Shown one piece after another: positions 1 to 9,499 of a stretch of 64,000 bases of DNA. Under the pieces are notes generated by a model. That model was not told the origin of the DNA, made no database searches, and saw only the letters and a list, made by a program, of their open reading frames with translations. This DNA comes from Anaeromyxobacteraceae bacterium (GTDB lineage Bacteria; Myxococcota; Myxococcia; Myxococcales; Anaeromyxobacteraceae): positions 1,088,001-1,152,000 of the forward strand of contig JASGHJ010000001.1 in the NCBI GenBank assembly GCA_047602405.1. The letters run 5' to 3'. Positions within the stretch are counted from its first letter, which is position 1, and each line of letters opens with the position of its first letter. A program made the position numbers and the translations under genes.

Positions 1-2
1 CG

Positions 3-905
3 ATCCTCCAGCGCGACAGCCTCTTCCGCGTGGTGCGGCCGTTCCTCGAGGACCCGCGGACCATCGCGAGCGGCGGCACGATCCGGGTCGCGAACGGCTG
101 CCGCGTCTCGGAGGGCTTCATCGAGCAGATCGGCGTGCCGGGGGGCTGGCTCGCCCGCGTGCAGATCGTCGAGTACCTGCGCGCGTTCCTGTTCGGCCGG
201 CTCGGCTGGTCGCCCTTCAACGCGGTGCTCATCGTGTCGGGCGCGTTCGGGCTCTTCCGGCGGAACGTGGTGCTCGAGGCGGGCGGGTACGCGCCGGACA
301 CCGTGGGCGAGGACATGGAGCTCGTGGTCCGGCTCCACCGCCTGCACCGCGCCGCGGGCGCGCCGTACCGGATCGTCTTCGTGCCGGACCCGATCTGCTG
401 GACCGAGGCGCCCGAGTCCGTCGCGGTCCTGCGCAAGCAGCGGATGCGCTGGCAGCGCGGGCTCCTCGAGAGCCTCTCGGCGAACCGCGGGCTCCTGTTC
501 CACCGGCGGGGCGGGGCGGCGGGCTGGTTCGCGTTCCCCGCGCTGCTCCTCTTCGAGGGGCTCGGCCCGCTCGCCGAGGTGACGGGCTACCTCGCGCTCG
601 CCGCCACGGTCGCCACGGGCCACCTCTCCGGCCAGGCGTTCCTCGCCTTCCTCGTCGCGGCGACCGGCCTCGGCGTCCTGCTCTCGGTGAGCGCGCTCCT
701 CCTCGAGGAGGTGTCGTTCCACCTCTACAAGCGCCCCGCCCACCTCGCGGCGCTGCTCGCCGCGATCGTGGTCGAGAACGCCGGCTACCGGCAGCTCACC
801 GCGATCTGGCGGCTCGCGGCGATGGTGGAGTGGGCGACCGGGCGGCGCCGCGCGTGGGGGGAGATGAAGCGCACCGCGTCGTGGGCGGCCCGCCCGGGGC
901 CGTAG
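3..905 (+). CDS. Glycosyltransferase family 2 (PgaC/IcaA/cellulose-synthase-like), 5'-truncated by window edge
   Basis: SGAFGLFRR, GEDMEL and QRMRW (QxxRW) processive GT2 motifs, C-terminal TM helices; frame open from position 3. Confidence 0.85.
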   Translation: MLQRDSLFRVVRPFLEDPRTIASGGTIRVANGCRVSEGFIEQIGVPGGWLARVQIVEYLRAFLFGRLGWSPFNAVLIVSGAFGLFRRNVVLEAGGYAPDTVGEDMELVVRLHRLHRAAGAPYRIVFVPDPICWTEAPESVAVLRKQRMRWQRGLLESLSANRGLLFHRRGGAAGWFAFPALLLFEGLGPLAEVTGYLALAATVATGHLSGQAFLAFLVAATGLGVLLSVSALLLEEVSFHLYKRPAHLAALLAAIVVENAGYRQLTAIWRLAAMVEWATGRRRAWGEMKRTASWAARPGP

Positions 906-961
906 GGCCCGCGGCTGGCGCGCCGCGGGTGAGGGACTAAAGACCCCGGAGGTCCCGCCGC

Positions 962-1348
962 ATGCCGAACCTCGCCCGGCGCCTCGCACCGCCCGTGCTC
1001 GCCGCGCTCTGCGCGTGCGGGAGCGGCGTGGACATGCCGCAGGCCCCCGCGCCCACCCTCCCGGTGATCGCCGTCCAGCCCGCCGACGTGACCGCGCTCG
1101 AGGGCACCGAGGCCTCCTTCATGGGCGGCGCGACCGGCACGCCGCCCCTCGAGTTCCAGTGGGAGTTCAACCGGGACGGCAGCTGGTTCGACGTCCTCGA
1201 GGCGACGCGCCCCCGCTACACCATCGCGGAGGCGCGCCTGCTCGACGACGGGACGCTGTTCCGGCTGCGGGTGCGGAACGCCGCCGGGATCGTGACGAGC
1301 GAGGCCGCCCGGCTGACGGTGCTGCCCGCGCCTGCGCCCGGGCCGTGA
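962..1348 (+). CDS. Lipoprotein with immunoglobulin-like (I-set) domain
   Basis: GGAGG RBS; lipobox-like LCAC; Ig pattern IAVQPADVTALEG...GTPPLEFQW...DDGTLFRLRVRNAAG. Confidence 0.7.
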   Translation: MPNLARRLAPPVLAALCACGSGVDMPQAPAPTLPVIAVQPADVTALEGTEASFMGGATGTPPLEFQWEFNRDGSWFDVLEATRPRYTIAEARLLDDGTLFRLRVRNAAGIVTSEAARLTVLPAPAPGP

Positions 1349-1466
1349 CCGCGCGTTTCACCTCCCTCGACGCGTTCGTTGATCGGACCCCCCCCGGCTG
1401 CTAAAAAGTCCTCATTCCGCGGGAGTCGCGCCCCCGAGCGCCGGCCCCGCAGGTACCCGAGGACCC

Positions 1467-4307
1467 GTGGACTACAAAGAGACCGTGAACCTCCCGCAGA
1501 CGGGGTTCGCCATGAAGGCGAACCTCCCGCAGCGGGAGCCCGAGATCCTGCGCGGCTGGGAGGAGTCGGCGATCTTCCAGCGCGTCGTCGCCCAGAACGC
1601 GGCCCGCCCCGGCGCGAAGCGGTACGTGCTGCACGACGGCCCGCCGTACGCGAACGGCGACATCCACATCGGCCACGCGCTCAACAAGATCCTGAAGGAC
1701 ATCGTCGTCCGCTACCGCAACCAGAAGGGCGAGGCGGCGGACTACGTGCCCGGCTGGGACTGCCACGGCCTGCCGATCGAGCTCAAGGTCGACAAGGAGC
1801 TCGGCCCGAAGAAGCGCGACATGGACCGGCCGGCGATCATCGAGGCCTGCCGCAAGTACGCGCAGAAGTGGATCGACAAGCAGCGCGAGTCGTTCAAGCG
1901 GCTCGGCGTGTCCGGCCGCTGGGCGACGCCGTACCTGACGATGTCGCGCGGCTACGAGGCCGCGATCGTGCGCGCGCTCGCGAAGGCGGCCGCGAAGGGC
2001 TTCCTCTACCGGGGCAAGAAGCCGGTCTACTGGTGCGTCACCGACCGCACGGCGCTCGCCGAGGCCGAGGTCGAGTACGAGGACCACACCTCGCCGTCGA
2101 TCCACGTGGCGTTCGACCTCGTGGACCCGCTGCCGGACGCGAAGCTCGCCGGCCGCAGCGCCCGCCTCGTCATCTGGACCACCACCCCCTGGACGCTGCC
2201 CGCGAACCTCGCGGTCGCGGCGCACCCGGACTTCACCTACGTCGCGTACGACCTGAAGGGCACGGTCGTCGTCGTCGCGAAGGACCTCCTCGCGTCGTTC
2301 CTCGAGGCCTGCGCGCCGGACGAGCTCGCCGTGAAGTCGGTGCCGGTGCCGCACTCGCCGGAGGCGCACGCCGCCTCCACGGGCGGCGGCGCGGTCTCGG
2401 CCGAGCACCTCGTCGACCCGAAGCGCATCCTCGCCTACCTCGAGGGCAAGGACCTCGAGGGCCTGAAGTACCGCCACCCGTTCATGGACCGCACCTCGCC
2501 GGTGATCCTCGGCGACCACGTCACGCTGGAGGCCGGCACCGGCCTCGTGCACACGGCGCCGGGCCACGGCGCCGAGGACTACGTGGTGGGCCTGAAGTAC
2601 GGGCTCGAGATCCTGAACCCGGTCGACGGCGCCGGCCGCTTCACGCCGGAGGCCGGCAAGTACGCCGGGAAGAAGATCTTCGAGGCGAACCCGGAGATCG
2701 TGGCCGACCTCCACGCGTCGGGGCACCTGCTCTCCGACCCGAAGGCCTCGCTCTCGCACAGCTACCCGCACTGCTGGCGGTGCCACAACCCGGTGGTCTT
2801 CCGCGCGACCGACCAGTGGTTCGTGTCGCTCGAGCACGACGACCTCAGGAAGAGGTCGCTCGCCGAGATCCGCAAGGTCTCCTGGGTCCCGCGCTGGGGC
2901 GAGGAGCGCATCCACGGGATGATCGAGAACCGCCCGGACTGGTGCATCTCGCGGCAGCGCACCTGGGGTGTGCCGATCCCGGTCTTCTACTGCGAGGGGT
3001 GCGACGAGGCGCTCGTGTCGCCGACCGCGATGGAGCGCGTCGCGGCCGCGTTCGAGGAGGAGGGCATCGAGGCGTGGTACCGCCACGCCCCGGCCGACTT
3101 CACGAAGGGTGAGAAGTGCGGGAAGTGCGGCAAGGAGGCGTTCCGCCGCGAGCAGGACATCCTCGACGTGTGGTGGGACTCCGGCGTGTCGTGGTTCGCC
3201 GTCGCCGAGCGCGAGGGCATGGGCGTGCCGGTGGACCTCTACCTCGAGGGCTCCGACCAGCACCGCGGCTGGTTCCACTCCGCGCTGCTGACCGCCGTGG
3301 GGATCCACGGCGGCGCCCCCTACAAGACGGTGCTCACCCACGGCTTCGTGCTCGACGAGAACGGCCGGCCGATGTCGAAGAGCGCCGGCAACGGGACGAC
3401 GCCCGAGGAGATCATCAACAAGTACGGCGCGGACGTGCTGCGCCTGTGGGTGTCCGCGTCCGACTACCGCGACGACGTGGCGCTCTCGCCGCAGATCCTC
3501 GCCGGCCTCGCCGAGGGCTACCGGAAGATCCGCAACACCATCCGCTACGCGCTCGGCAACCTGCACGGCTTCGACCCCGCGAAGGACGCCGTCAAGGTCG
3601 AGGAGATGGAGCCCATCGACCGGTGGGCCCTCGCGCGCCTCGCCGCGTGGGACGAGAAGGTGAAGCAGGCCTACGAGGAGTACGAGTTCCACGTCGCGTA
3701 CCACGCGACCACGCAGCTCTGCTCGGTGGACCTCTCGGCCGTGTACTTCGACGTCCTGAAGGACCGGCTCTACACCTGGAGGAAGGACGGCAAGGCCCGC
3801 CGCTCCGCGCAGACCGCGCTCTGGATCATCGCGCAGGATCTCCTCAGGCTGCTCGCGCCGGTGCTCTCCTTCACGGCCTCCGAGGCCTGGGAGTTCCTGC
3901 CCGGCAAGACCGCCGAGTCGGTGTTCCTGGCGGGGCTCCCCGATCGGAAGGCCCCGGCCGACGCCGAGGCGCTCGAGGCCCGCTACGGGCGGCTCCTCGA
4001 GGTGCGCGCGCTCGTCCAGGGCAAGCTCGAGGAGGCCCGGCGCGCGAAGCTCATCGGGTCCGGCCTCGAGGCCATGGTGACGGTGAAGGCGGACGGCGAG
4101 ACGAAGCAGCTGCTCGCGGCCAACCTCGCGGAGCTCCCCGGGATCTTCATCGTCTCGAAGGTGGTGCTCGCCGACGGCCCGCTCGGGGCCGAGGTCGCCC
4201 GCGCCCCGGGCCAGAAGTGCGACCGCTGCTGGATGTTCACCGAGGACGTCGGGAAGGCGCCGGCGCATCCGACGGTTTGTGGGAAGTGCGCGGAGGCCCT
4301 GACGTGA
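1467..4307 (+). CDS. ileS: Isoleucyl-tRNA synthetase (type 1, C-terminal Zn finger)
   Basis: LHDGPPYANG..HIGH, WTTTPWTLPAN, GTGLVHTAPGHG, WCISRQR, EGSDQHRGWF, PMSKS, CDRCW...CGKC. Confidence 0.98.
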   Translation: MDYKETVNLPQTGFAMKANLPQREPEILRGWEESAIFQRVVAQNAARPGAKRYVLHDGPPYANGDIHIGHALNKILKDIVVRYRNQKGEAADYVPGWDCHGLPIELKVDKELGPKKRDMDRPAIIEACRKYAQKWIDKQRESFKRLGVSGRWATPYLTMSRGYEAAIVRALAKAAAKGFLYRGKKPVYWCVTDRTALAEAEVEYEDHTSPSIHVAFDLVDPLPDAKLAGRSARLVIWTTTPWTLPANLAVAAHPDFTYVAYDLKGTVVVVAKDLLASFLEACAPDELAVKSVPVPHSPEAHAASTGGGAVSAEHLVDPKRILAYLEGKDLEGLKYRHPFMDRTSPVILGDHVTLEAGTGLVHTAPGHGAEDYVVGLKYGLEILNPVDGAGRFTPEAGKYAGKKIFEANPEIVADLHASGHLLSDPKASLSHSYPHCWRCHNPVVFRATDQWFVSLEHDDLRKRSLAEIRKVSWVPRWGEERIHGMIENRPDWCISRQRTWGVPIPVFYCEGCDEALVSPTAMERVAAAFEEEGIEAWYRHAPADFTKGEKCGKCGKEAFRREQDILDVWWDSGVSWFAVAEREGMGVPVDLYLEGSDQHRGWFHSALLTAVGIHGGAPYKTVLTHGFVLDENGRPMSKSAGNGTTPEEIINKYGADVLRLWVSASDYRDDVALSPQILAGLAEGYRKIRNTIRYALGNLHGFDPAKDAVKVEEMEPIDRWALARLAAWDEKVKQAYEEYEFHVAYHATTQLCSVDLSAVYFDVLKDRLYTWRKDGKARRSAQTALWIIAQDLLRLLAPVLSFTASEAWEFLPGKTAESVFLAGLPDRKAPADAEALEARYGRLLEVRALVQGKLEEARRAKLIGSGLEAMVTVKADGETKQLLAANLAELPGIFIVSKVVLADGPLGAEVARAPGQKCDRCWMFTEDVGKAPAHPTVCGKCAEALT

Positions 4308-4891
4308 GGCTCGGGAAGTGGCAGCTGCTCGCGGTGTGCTTCGTCGTGCTGGTCGCGCTCGACCAGTGGACGAAGTACCTCGCCGTCGAGCACCTCACGT
4401 CGGTCTTCGGCCGCGTCGGCGCGGAGACCACCTTCGAGAAGGTCGGGATCTTCTACCGGGCGCGCCACCTCGAGGGGCTCGCCACGGCGCCGTACATCGT
4501 CCACCCGGCGTGGTGGCGGATGAGCTACGCCGAGAACCCCGGCGCCGCCTTCTCGATGTTCAGGAACCTCTCGCCCGACACGCGGAACTGGTTCTTCACC
4601 GCGGTCATCGTCGCGGCGGTGATCTTCATCATCACCACCTACCGGAAGGCGCGGGAGGACCAGCGGCTCCTGCAGCTCGCGCTCGCGGGCGTGCTCTCCG
4701 GCGCGGTCGGCAACTTCATCGACCGCCTCGCGCGCCACTACGTCATCGACTTCATCGAGTGGCACTGGTGGAACCGGCCGGACATCGCCTGGCCGACCTT
4801 CAACGTCGCCGACTCGCTCATCGTCGTCGGCGTCGCGCTCCTGATCCTGCACCCCGGCCCCGCGAAGGAGCGGGCGCCCGCGTCCGCCTGA
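4304..4891 (+). CDS. lspA: Lipoprotein signal peptidase II
   Basis: GTGA overlap with ileS stop; LDQWTK, NPGAAFS, GAVGNFIDR, VIDFI, WPTFNVAD. Confidence 0.95.
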   Translation: MRLGKWQLLAVCFVVLVALDQWTKYLAVEHLTSVFGRVGAETTFEKVGIFYRARHLEGLATAPYIVHPAWWRMSYAENPGAAFSMFRNLSPDTRNWFFTAVIVAAVIFIITTYRKAREDQRLLQLALAGVLSGAVGNFIDRLARHYVIDFIEWHWWNRPDIAWPTFNVADSLIVVGVALLILHPGPAKERAPASA

Positions 4892-4899
4892 AAGGCTCC

Positions 4900-5973
4900 A
4901 TGCTGCCCGTCATCTTCACGATCGTGATCCCCGCCGGCTTCGGGAAGCCGGTCGCCCTGGGCCTGTTCGTCCTCTTCGTCGTCGGCCGGGCCATCGCCTA
5001 CGTGCGCCGCGCGAAGGCCGAGGGGCACCCGGTCTCCTTCGTCCAGGCGCTCAAGGACGACGCGTTCCTGGTGGTGATCCTCGCGGCGGTGGTGGGCGTG
5101 CTCTGGTCGCGCGGCCTCCTGGACGGGCGCCGCGAGCTGCCGCTCCACACCTACGGCCTCCTCATCGCGTCCGCGTTCCTGGTGGGCATCTGGCTCTCGC
5201 AGCGCGAGGGCGCGCGGCGCGGGCAGGACCCCGAGAAAATCGCCGACCTCTCCTTCTGGATCCTCGTCGCGGCGCTGGTGGGCAGCCGCGTCTACTACAT
5301 CCTGCTGCACCTCGACGACTACTTCGGCCCCGGCCGCTTCATGGCCGAGACCGCGGTGGGCTCGATCCCGCGCATCCTCGCGGTGTGGGAGGGCGGGCTC
5401 GTGTTCTACGGCGGCTTCATCGGCGCCGTGCTCGCGGCCATCCTCTACATGCGCGCGAACCGGATGAACTTCCTCGCGCACGCCGACACGATGATCCCGC
5501 AGGTCGCGCTCGGCCACTTCCTCGGCCGGCTCGGCTGCTTCGCCGCGGGCTGCTGCTGGGGCGGCCGCATGACCGGCGAGCACGCCTGGGGCGCGAAGTT
5601 CGGCACCGAGTCGCTCGCCTACCAGACCCTCGTCATCGAGAAGCCGGAGCTCATCGCGCCGGACCACCTCCACACCGTCGCGCTGCACCCCACGCAGCTC
5701 TACGAGGCGTTCGGCGAGCTCGGGCTGTTCTTCGTGCTCGTGCTGCTCGTCCGCCCCCGCAAGCAGTTCCACGGGCAGGTGCTCGCGGCGTGGCTGATGA
5801 TGTACGGCATCCAGCGGAGCATCACCGAGCTCTTCCGCGGCGACCTCGACCGCGGCTACCTCGCCGGCATCAACTCGGCGCAGTGGACCTCGGTGTTCAT
5901 CTTCGCGGCCGGCCTCGCGGTGTGGGCGATCGGGCGCCGGGCGCGCGCCGCGCTCGCTCCGGCCCCCGCGTAG
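4900..5973 (+). CDS. lgt: Prolipoprotein diacylglyceryl transferase
   Basis: LHTYG, GSRVYY, WEGGLVFYGG, GRLGCFAAGCCWG, HPTQLYE; follows lspA. Confidence 0.93.
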   Translation: MLPVIFTIVIPAGFGKPVALGLFVLFVVGRAIAYVRRAKAEGHPVSFVQALKDDAFLVVILAAVVGVLWSRGLLDGRRELPLHTYGLLIASAFLVGIWLSQREGARRGQDPEKIADLSFWILVAALVGSRVYYILLHLDDYFGPGRFMAETAVGSIPRILAVWEGGLVFYGGFIGAVLAAILYMRANRMNFLAHADTMIPQVALGHFLGRLGCFAAGCCWGGRMTGEHAWGAKFGTESLAYQTLVIEKPELIAPDHLHTVALHPTQLYEAFGELGLFFVLVLLVRPRKQFHGQVLAAWLMMYGIQRSITELFRGDLDRGYLAGINSAQWTSVFIFAAGLAVWAIGRRARAALAPAPA

Positions 5974-5988
5974 CAGTGCTTTCAGGGT

Positions 5989-6037
5989 CCGGACGCCCCG
6001 AGCGTAGCCGCCGCTCCGCGGCGGCGGAGACGAGGGG
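5989..6037 (-). repeat. REP-like palindromic repeat, copy 1
   Basis: Minus strand CCCCTCGTCTCCG-hairpin-CTACGCTCGGGGCGTCCGG, same scaffold as copies at 38326, 51856, 60112. Confidence 0.7.
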
Positions 6038-6084
6038 TCGACGGCCCGTTTGCCCGTGGCCGGGCCGCGCCGTAGACTCCGCCC

Positions 6085-6885
6085 GTGGCCGTTCCCCCGC
6101 GCATCCCCGGCAAGCCGGGCCTGCCCCGCCCCGGCGCGGCGCCGCCGCAGGAGTCGGAGGCGGACGCCCTCGCGCGCGCGAAGCGCGAGAAGGAGCAGCT
6201 CAGCCTCGAGGTGAAGGAGATCGAGGAGGAGCTCGAGCGGGTGAAGGCGCGGTACGACCAGTACTTCCTGGGCTACGAGCGCCGCGAGCCGAAGCGCGAG
6301 CAGGGCGAGATCCGCAAGCGCGTCATGATCGTGAAGGACGCCTTCACCCGCAACGCCGCGCTCAAGTTCCGTATCCAGTCGCTGCACGCGCGGTACCTCG
6401 CGTACGAGCGGCTCTGGGTGCGCAGCGCGCGCGAGAAGGAGGAGGGCACCTACCGGCGCGACCTCTTCAAGGCGCGCCTCAGGTCGAAGGACGCGCCCGC
6501 CGAGCAGCGCCCGCCCACGCCGGCCGGCGGGACGCCCGCCCAGGCCGCGCCGTCCCCCGCCAGCGCCGCGCCTCTCGTCGCCGCCGCACCCCCGAAGCCG
6601 GCCCCGGTGGCCGCGGCCGCCACCCCGAAGCCCGCCGCGTCCCCGGTCCCCGCCGCTCCGCGCCCGGCCGGCGTGGATCCCAAGGTGAAGCAGCTCTTCG
6701 ACCAGTACGTCGCCGCGAAGAGGCAGTGCGGCGAGGACGTCTCGAAGATCAGCCTCGACGCCGTCGCGCGCACCGTGGCGAAGCAGACGCCCGAGCTCAT
6801 GGCGCGCTTCAAGGCGAAGGCCGTCGACTTCAGGGTCGAGGTGAAGGACGGCCGCGCCGTGCTGAAGGCGATCCCGAAGGTGTAG
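6085..6885 (+). CDS. Myxobacterial MXAN_5187 C-terminal-domain-like protein
   Basis: N-terminal coiled coil YDQYFLGYERREP, Pro/Ala linker, C-terminal LFDQYVAAKRQCGE...VDFRVEVKDGRAVLKA. Confidence 0.7.
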   Translation: MAVPPRIPGKPGLPRPGAAPPQESEADALARAKREKEQLSLEVKEIEEELERVKARYDQYFLGYERREPKREQGEIRKRVMIVKDAFTRNAALKFRIQSLHARYLAYERLWVRSAREKEEGTYRRDLFKARLRSKDAPAEQRPPTPAGGTPAQAAPSPASAAPLVAAAPPKPAPVAAAATPKPAASPVPAAPRPAGVDPKVKQLFDQYVAAKRQCGEDVSKISLDAVARTVAKQTPELMARFKAKAVDFRVEVKDGRAVLKAIPKV

Positions 6886-6990
6886 CGGCAACCCTCCCCT
6901 CGGGCGCTGTCCCGCACTCGCGGTGCTCCCCAGGTTTTCCCCGTCCGGGCCGTCGCGCCCGCACGGGGAGGAACCCTGGAGAGGATCGTC

Positions 6991-7344
6991 ATGCTCGCCG
7001 CCCTCGCGGCGCTCGCCACCGCCTGCGGCGCGTCCGACCGGACGGTGCGCCTCGCCCGGCTCGACGCCGAGCGCGCCGCGCTCGACCGCACGTTCGACGC
7101 GCTCGAGGAGCGCATGCTCGCGACGCAGGCCCGCGTGCACTTCTGGCAGGAGATGAAGGAACGCCACGCCGGCGTGACCGCGCTCGCCTGTCAGAACCAG
7201 GACGCGCACGCGCGCGGGATGGCGCTCCACGCGCTGCCGCCGGAGCCCGCCCGCCCCCGCAGCCTCGCCGGCCGCCGGCTCGCCTCCGCCGCCGGCCCCG
7301 CGAAGCGACCCGCGCCTCCCCGCCCGGCCCCGGCGACGCCCTGA
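6991..7344 (+). CDS. Hypothetical lipoprotein, coiled coil
   Basis: GGAGAGGA RBS, lipobox LATAC, host-like codon usage. Confidence 0.6.
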   Translation: MLAALAALATACGASDRTVRLARLDAERAALDRTFDALEERMLATQARVHFWQEMKERHAGVTALACQNQDAHARGMALHALPPEPARPRSLAGRRLASAAGPAKRPAPPRPAPATP

Positions 7345-7356
7345 GCCGACGGAGGC

Positions 7357-8235
7357 CTACGCGTCCGGGGTGAACACCGGTCGCAGGTGCTCCACGAGGA
7401 GGTCCACCAGCGGGCGGATCGCCCGCGAGCGGCGCAGGTCGCGGTGGTAGACCACCCAGAGCTCGCGCTCGAGCGGCCTCACCGCCGGCAGCACGCGGAC
7501 GAGGTCGGGGTGGCGCGCCGCGACGGCGCACGGCAGCGCCCCCAGGCCGCCCCCGGCGCGGATCGCCTCCAGGAGCGCGAGCAGGCTGTTCGTCTCGAGG
7601 AGCGGGCGGACGCCGGGGGCCACCCGGGCGAGCCAGCGCTGCTGCGGCGTCCGCGCAAAGCCGGCGTCGAGCACGCAGAGCGGATGACCGGCGAGCTCCG
7701 CGGGGCTCCGGGGCGGCGGGTGCGCGCCGAGGTGGGCGCGCGAGGCGTAGAGCCCGTACGCGACGGCCCCGATCCGCCGCCCGGCGAGCGACTTCCCGGC
7801 CGGCCGCCCCACCCGCAGCGCGACGTCCGCCTCGCGCAGCCCGAGGTCGAGCGCGCGGTTCTCGATGCGCAGGCGCAGGCGCAGCTCCGGCCGCGAGCGC
7901 GCGAGCTCCACGAGGACGGGCGTGAGGAGCGGCACGCCCCACTCGGCGGAGGTCAACGTGAGCGCGCCCGCCGCCGACTGGCCGAGCCGCTCCCGCTCGA
8001 AGGCGAGCTGCACGCCCTCGAGCCGCTCCGCGGCCGCGACGACCTCGGCCCCGTCGGGCGTCGGCTCGAGGCCGCGGGGACCCCGCACGAACATACGGGT
8101 GCCGAGGCGGCCCTCGGCGGCCTCGAGGCGCCGGCCGACGGTGGCGGGGTCCAAGCCCAGGGTGACGGCCGCGCCCTTCAGCGAGCGGGCGCGGGCCACG
8201 TGCAGCGCGTCGCGGTAGTCCTGCGGCTCGAGCAT
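7357..8235 (-). CDS. LysR-family transcriptional regulator
   Basis: N-terminal HTH (SLKGAAVTLGLDPATVGRRLEAAEGRLGTRMFVR), substrate domain (DLGLREADVALR); start set at MLEPQD rather than the 683-aa ORF start. Confidence 0.9.
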   Translation of the reverse strand: MLEPQDYRDALHVARARSLKGAAVTLGLDPATVGRRLEAAEGRLGTRMFVRGPRGLEPTPDGAEVVAAAERLEGVQLAFERERLGQSAAGALTLTSAEWGVPLLTPVLVELARSRPELRLRLRIENRALDLGLREADVALRVGRPAGKSLAGRRIGAVAYGLYASRAHLGAHPPPRSPAELAGHPLCVLDAGFARTPQQRWLARVAPGVRPLLETNSLLALLEAIRAGGGLGALPCAVAARHPDLVRVLPAVRPLERELWVVYHRDLRRSRAIRPLVDLLVEHLRPVFTPDA

Positions 8236-8364
8236 GGCTGCATCCTCGCATGTCTCGAATGCGTTCTCGCCGTCGCGCAGCGCCGCGGGTCGCGGCAGGA
8301 AGGGGCCTCGAGCACGTGGCGGTCCGCCCATCCCGGGCGCCCGCGGCCACGGAGGAGGTGCAGC

Positions 8365-8784
8365 ATGACGGGTGGCAGAGCAGGGCACGACGGCAGCGCG
8401 GACGCGGTGCGCAGGTTCTTCTCGGCGTTCGGGCGCGGCGACGTGGACGGCCTCGTGGCGGCGTTCCATCCGGAGGCGCTCGTCGCCGCGGTCCGGGAGG
8501 GGCCGCGGGACGGGGGCATCCACGGGGCCTACCGCGGGCACGCCGGCGTCCGCGAGTTCGTGGGCGCGCTCGGGGCGGCGCTCGAGACCGAGGCCTTCGA
8601 GGTGGACGGCGTGGTGGGCGAGGGGGACGTCGCCTTCGCGAGCGGGCGATTCCGGCACCGGGTCCGGTCGACCGGTCGGCCCTTCGAGAGCGCCTGGGCC
8701 CTCCGCTGCCGGGTCCGCGACGGCCTGATCCAGGAGTTCCGGTTCTACGAGGACTCCGCCGCCTACGAGGCCGCTCGCCGCTGA
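8365..8784 (+). CDS. SnoaL/NTF2-like (ketosteroid isomerase-like) protein
   Basis: GGAGGAGG RBS; VRRFFSAFGRGD...GHAGVREF...VRDGLIQEFRFYEDS; divergent from LysR. Confidence 0.85.
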   Translation: MTGGRAGHDGSADAVRRFFSAFGRGDVDGLVAAFHPEALVAAVREGPRDGGIHGAYRGHAGVREFVGALGAALETEAFEVDGVVGEGDVAFASGRFRHRVRSTGRPFESAWALRCRVRDGLIQEFRFYEDSAAYEAARR

Positions 8785-8867
8785 CGCCCGGTGCGGCTCA
8801 CTCGACCGTTGCCTTTCGGCCCGGTCGATCGTAGAACCGTCGCCCCGCGGCCCGCCGTGGGGGTAAC

Positions 8868-8940
8868 GCCTGGATAGCTCAGCTGGTAGAGCAGGGGATT
8901 GAAAATCCCCGTGTCCCTGGTTCGATTCCGGGTCCAGGCA
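8868..8940 (+). tRNA. tRNA-Phe (GAA)
   Basis: GCCTGGA/TCCAGGC acceptor stem, D arm TAGCTCAGCTGGTAGAGC, anticodon arm GGGGA-TTGAAAA-TCCCC, T loop TTCGATT; CCA not encoded directly after the discriminator (ACTCCA). Confidence 0.97.
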
Positions 8941-8962
8941 CTCCATCTCGTCCGACATCGAA

Positions 8963-9004
8963 GGGGCCCCGGGACTGCAAAGTCCTCGGGGCCTCAGTGT
9001 TTTC
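8963..9004 (+). terminator. Rho-independent terminator after tRNA-Phe
   Basis: GGGGCCCCGGGACT-GCAA-AGTCCTCGGGGCCTC hairpin followed by GTGTTTT. Confidence 0.7.
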
Positions 9005-9022
9005 GGTGCGGAGGGGACCTCA

Positions 9023-9385
9023 TTGAAGAAGCACAGGTTCGGCATCGCGGTGGCGCTCGGGCTCGGGACCCTGGCGGTCGTCCAACTCTTCGTGCAACAG
9101 CGGCGGTACACCATCGCTGTGCACGTGATGTCCGAGCTGGTCGAGGAGATCCGGAACGGACGGGCCAAGGACGTTCGGCACCTCGAGGACGGCGACGTGC
9201 GGGAGCGGAATTGGATGCAGTCGCCGTTCACGGTCCACTGCGATCTCGTGCCTCCGTTCTCGTGGACTCGCTTCGCGTGTGTCGCCCGGTTCGACGACGG
9301 CGGTTCGGCTGCCGCCGACGTGGACACGAAGACGGGCCGGATCCTTGGCGCGCGCGTCCTTCCGCCCAGGCGCGCGGGGGACTGA
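9023..9385 (+). CDS. Hypothetical membrane-anchored protein
   Basis: GGAGGGG RBS before TTG start; single N-terminal TM segment. Confidence 0.5.
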   Translation: MKKHRFGIAVALGLGTLAVVQLFVQQRRYTIAVHVMSELVEEIRNGRAKDVRHLEDGDVRERNWMQSPFTVHCDLVPPFSWTRFACVARFDDGGSAAADVDTKTGRILGARVLPPRRAGD

Positions 9386-9432
9386 CGCGGCCAAGATGCT
9401 GAAATCAACAGTAACCATCCTCAACGAACCAG

Positions 9433-9473
9433 GTTGCGTTTGGGTCGTCTGGAGTTGCGTCTGGGTCGTTTGG
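9433..9473 (+). promoter_or_regulatory. Tandem direct repeat, putative operator of the TA operon
   Basis: GTTGCGTTTGGGTCGTCTGG / GTTGCGTCTGGGTCGTTTGG (18/20 identical, 21-bp period) just upstream of the Xis-HTH gene. Confidence 0.6.
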
Positions 9474-9499
9474 TGCTAGGCTCAACACCGGAGGTTCCA

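Noticed and set aside
8236..9408. N-terminal extension of the 683-aa LysR ORF
   Set aside because: It runs antisense through the SnoaL gene and tRNA-Phe; LysR homology starts at 8235.
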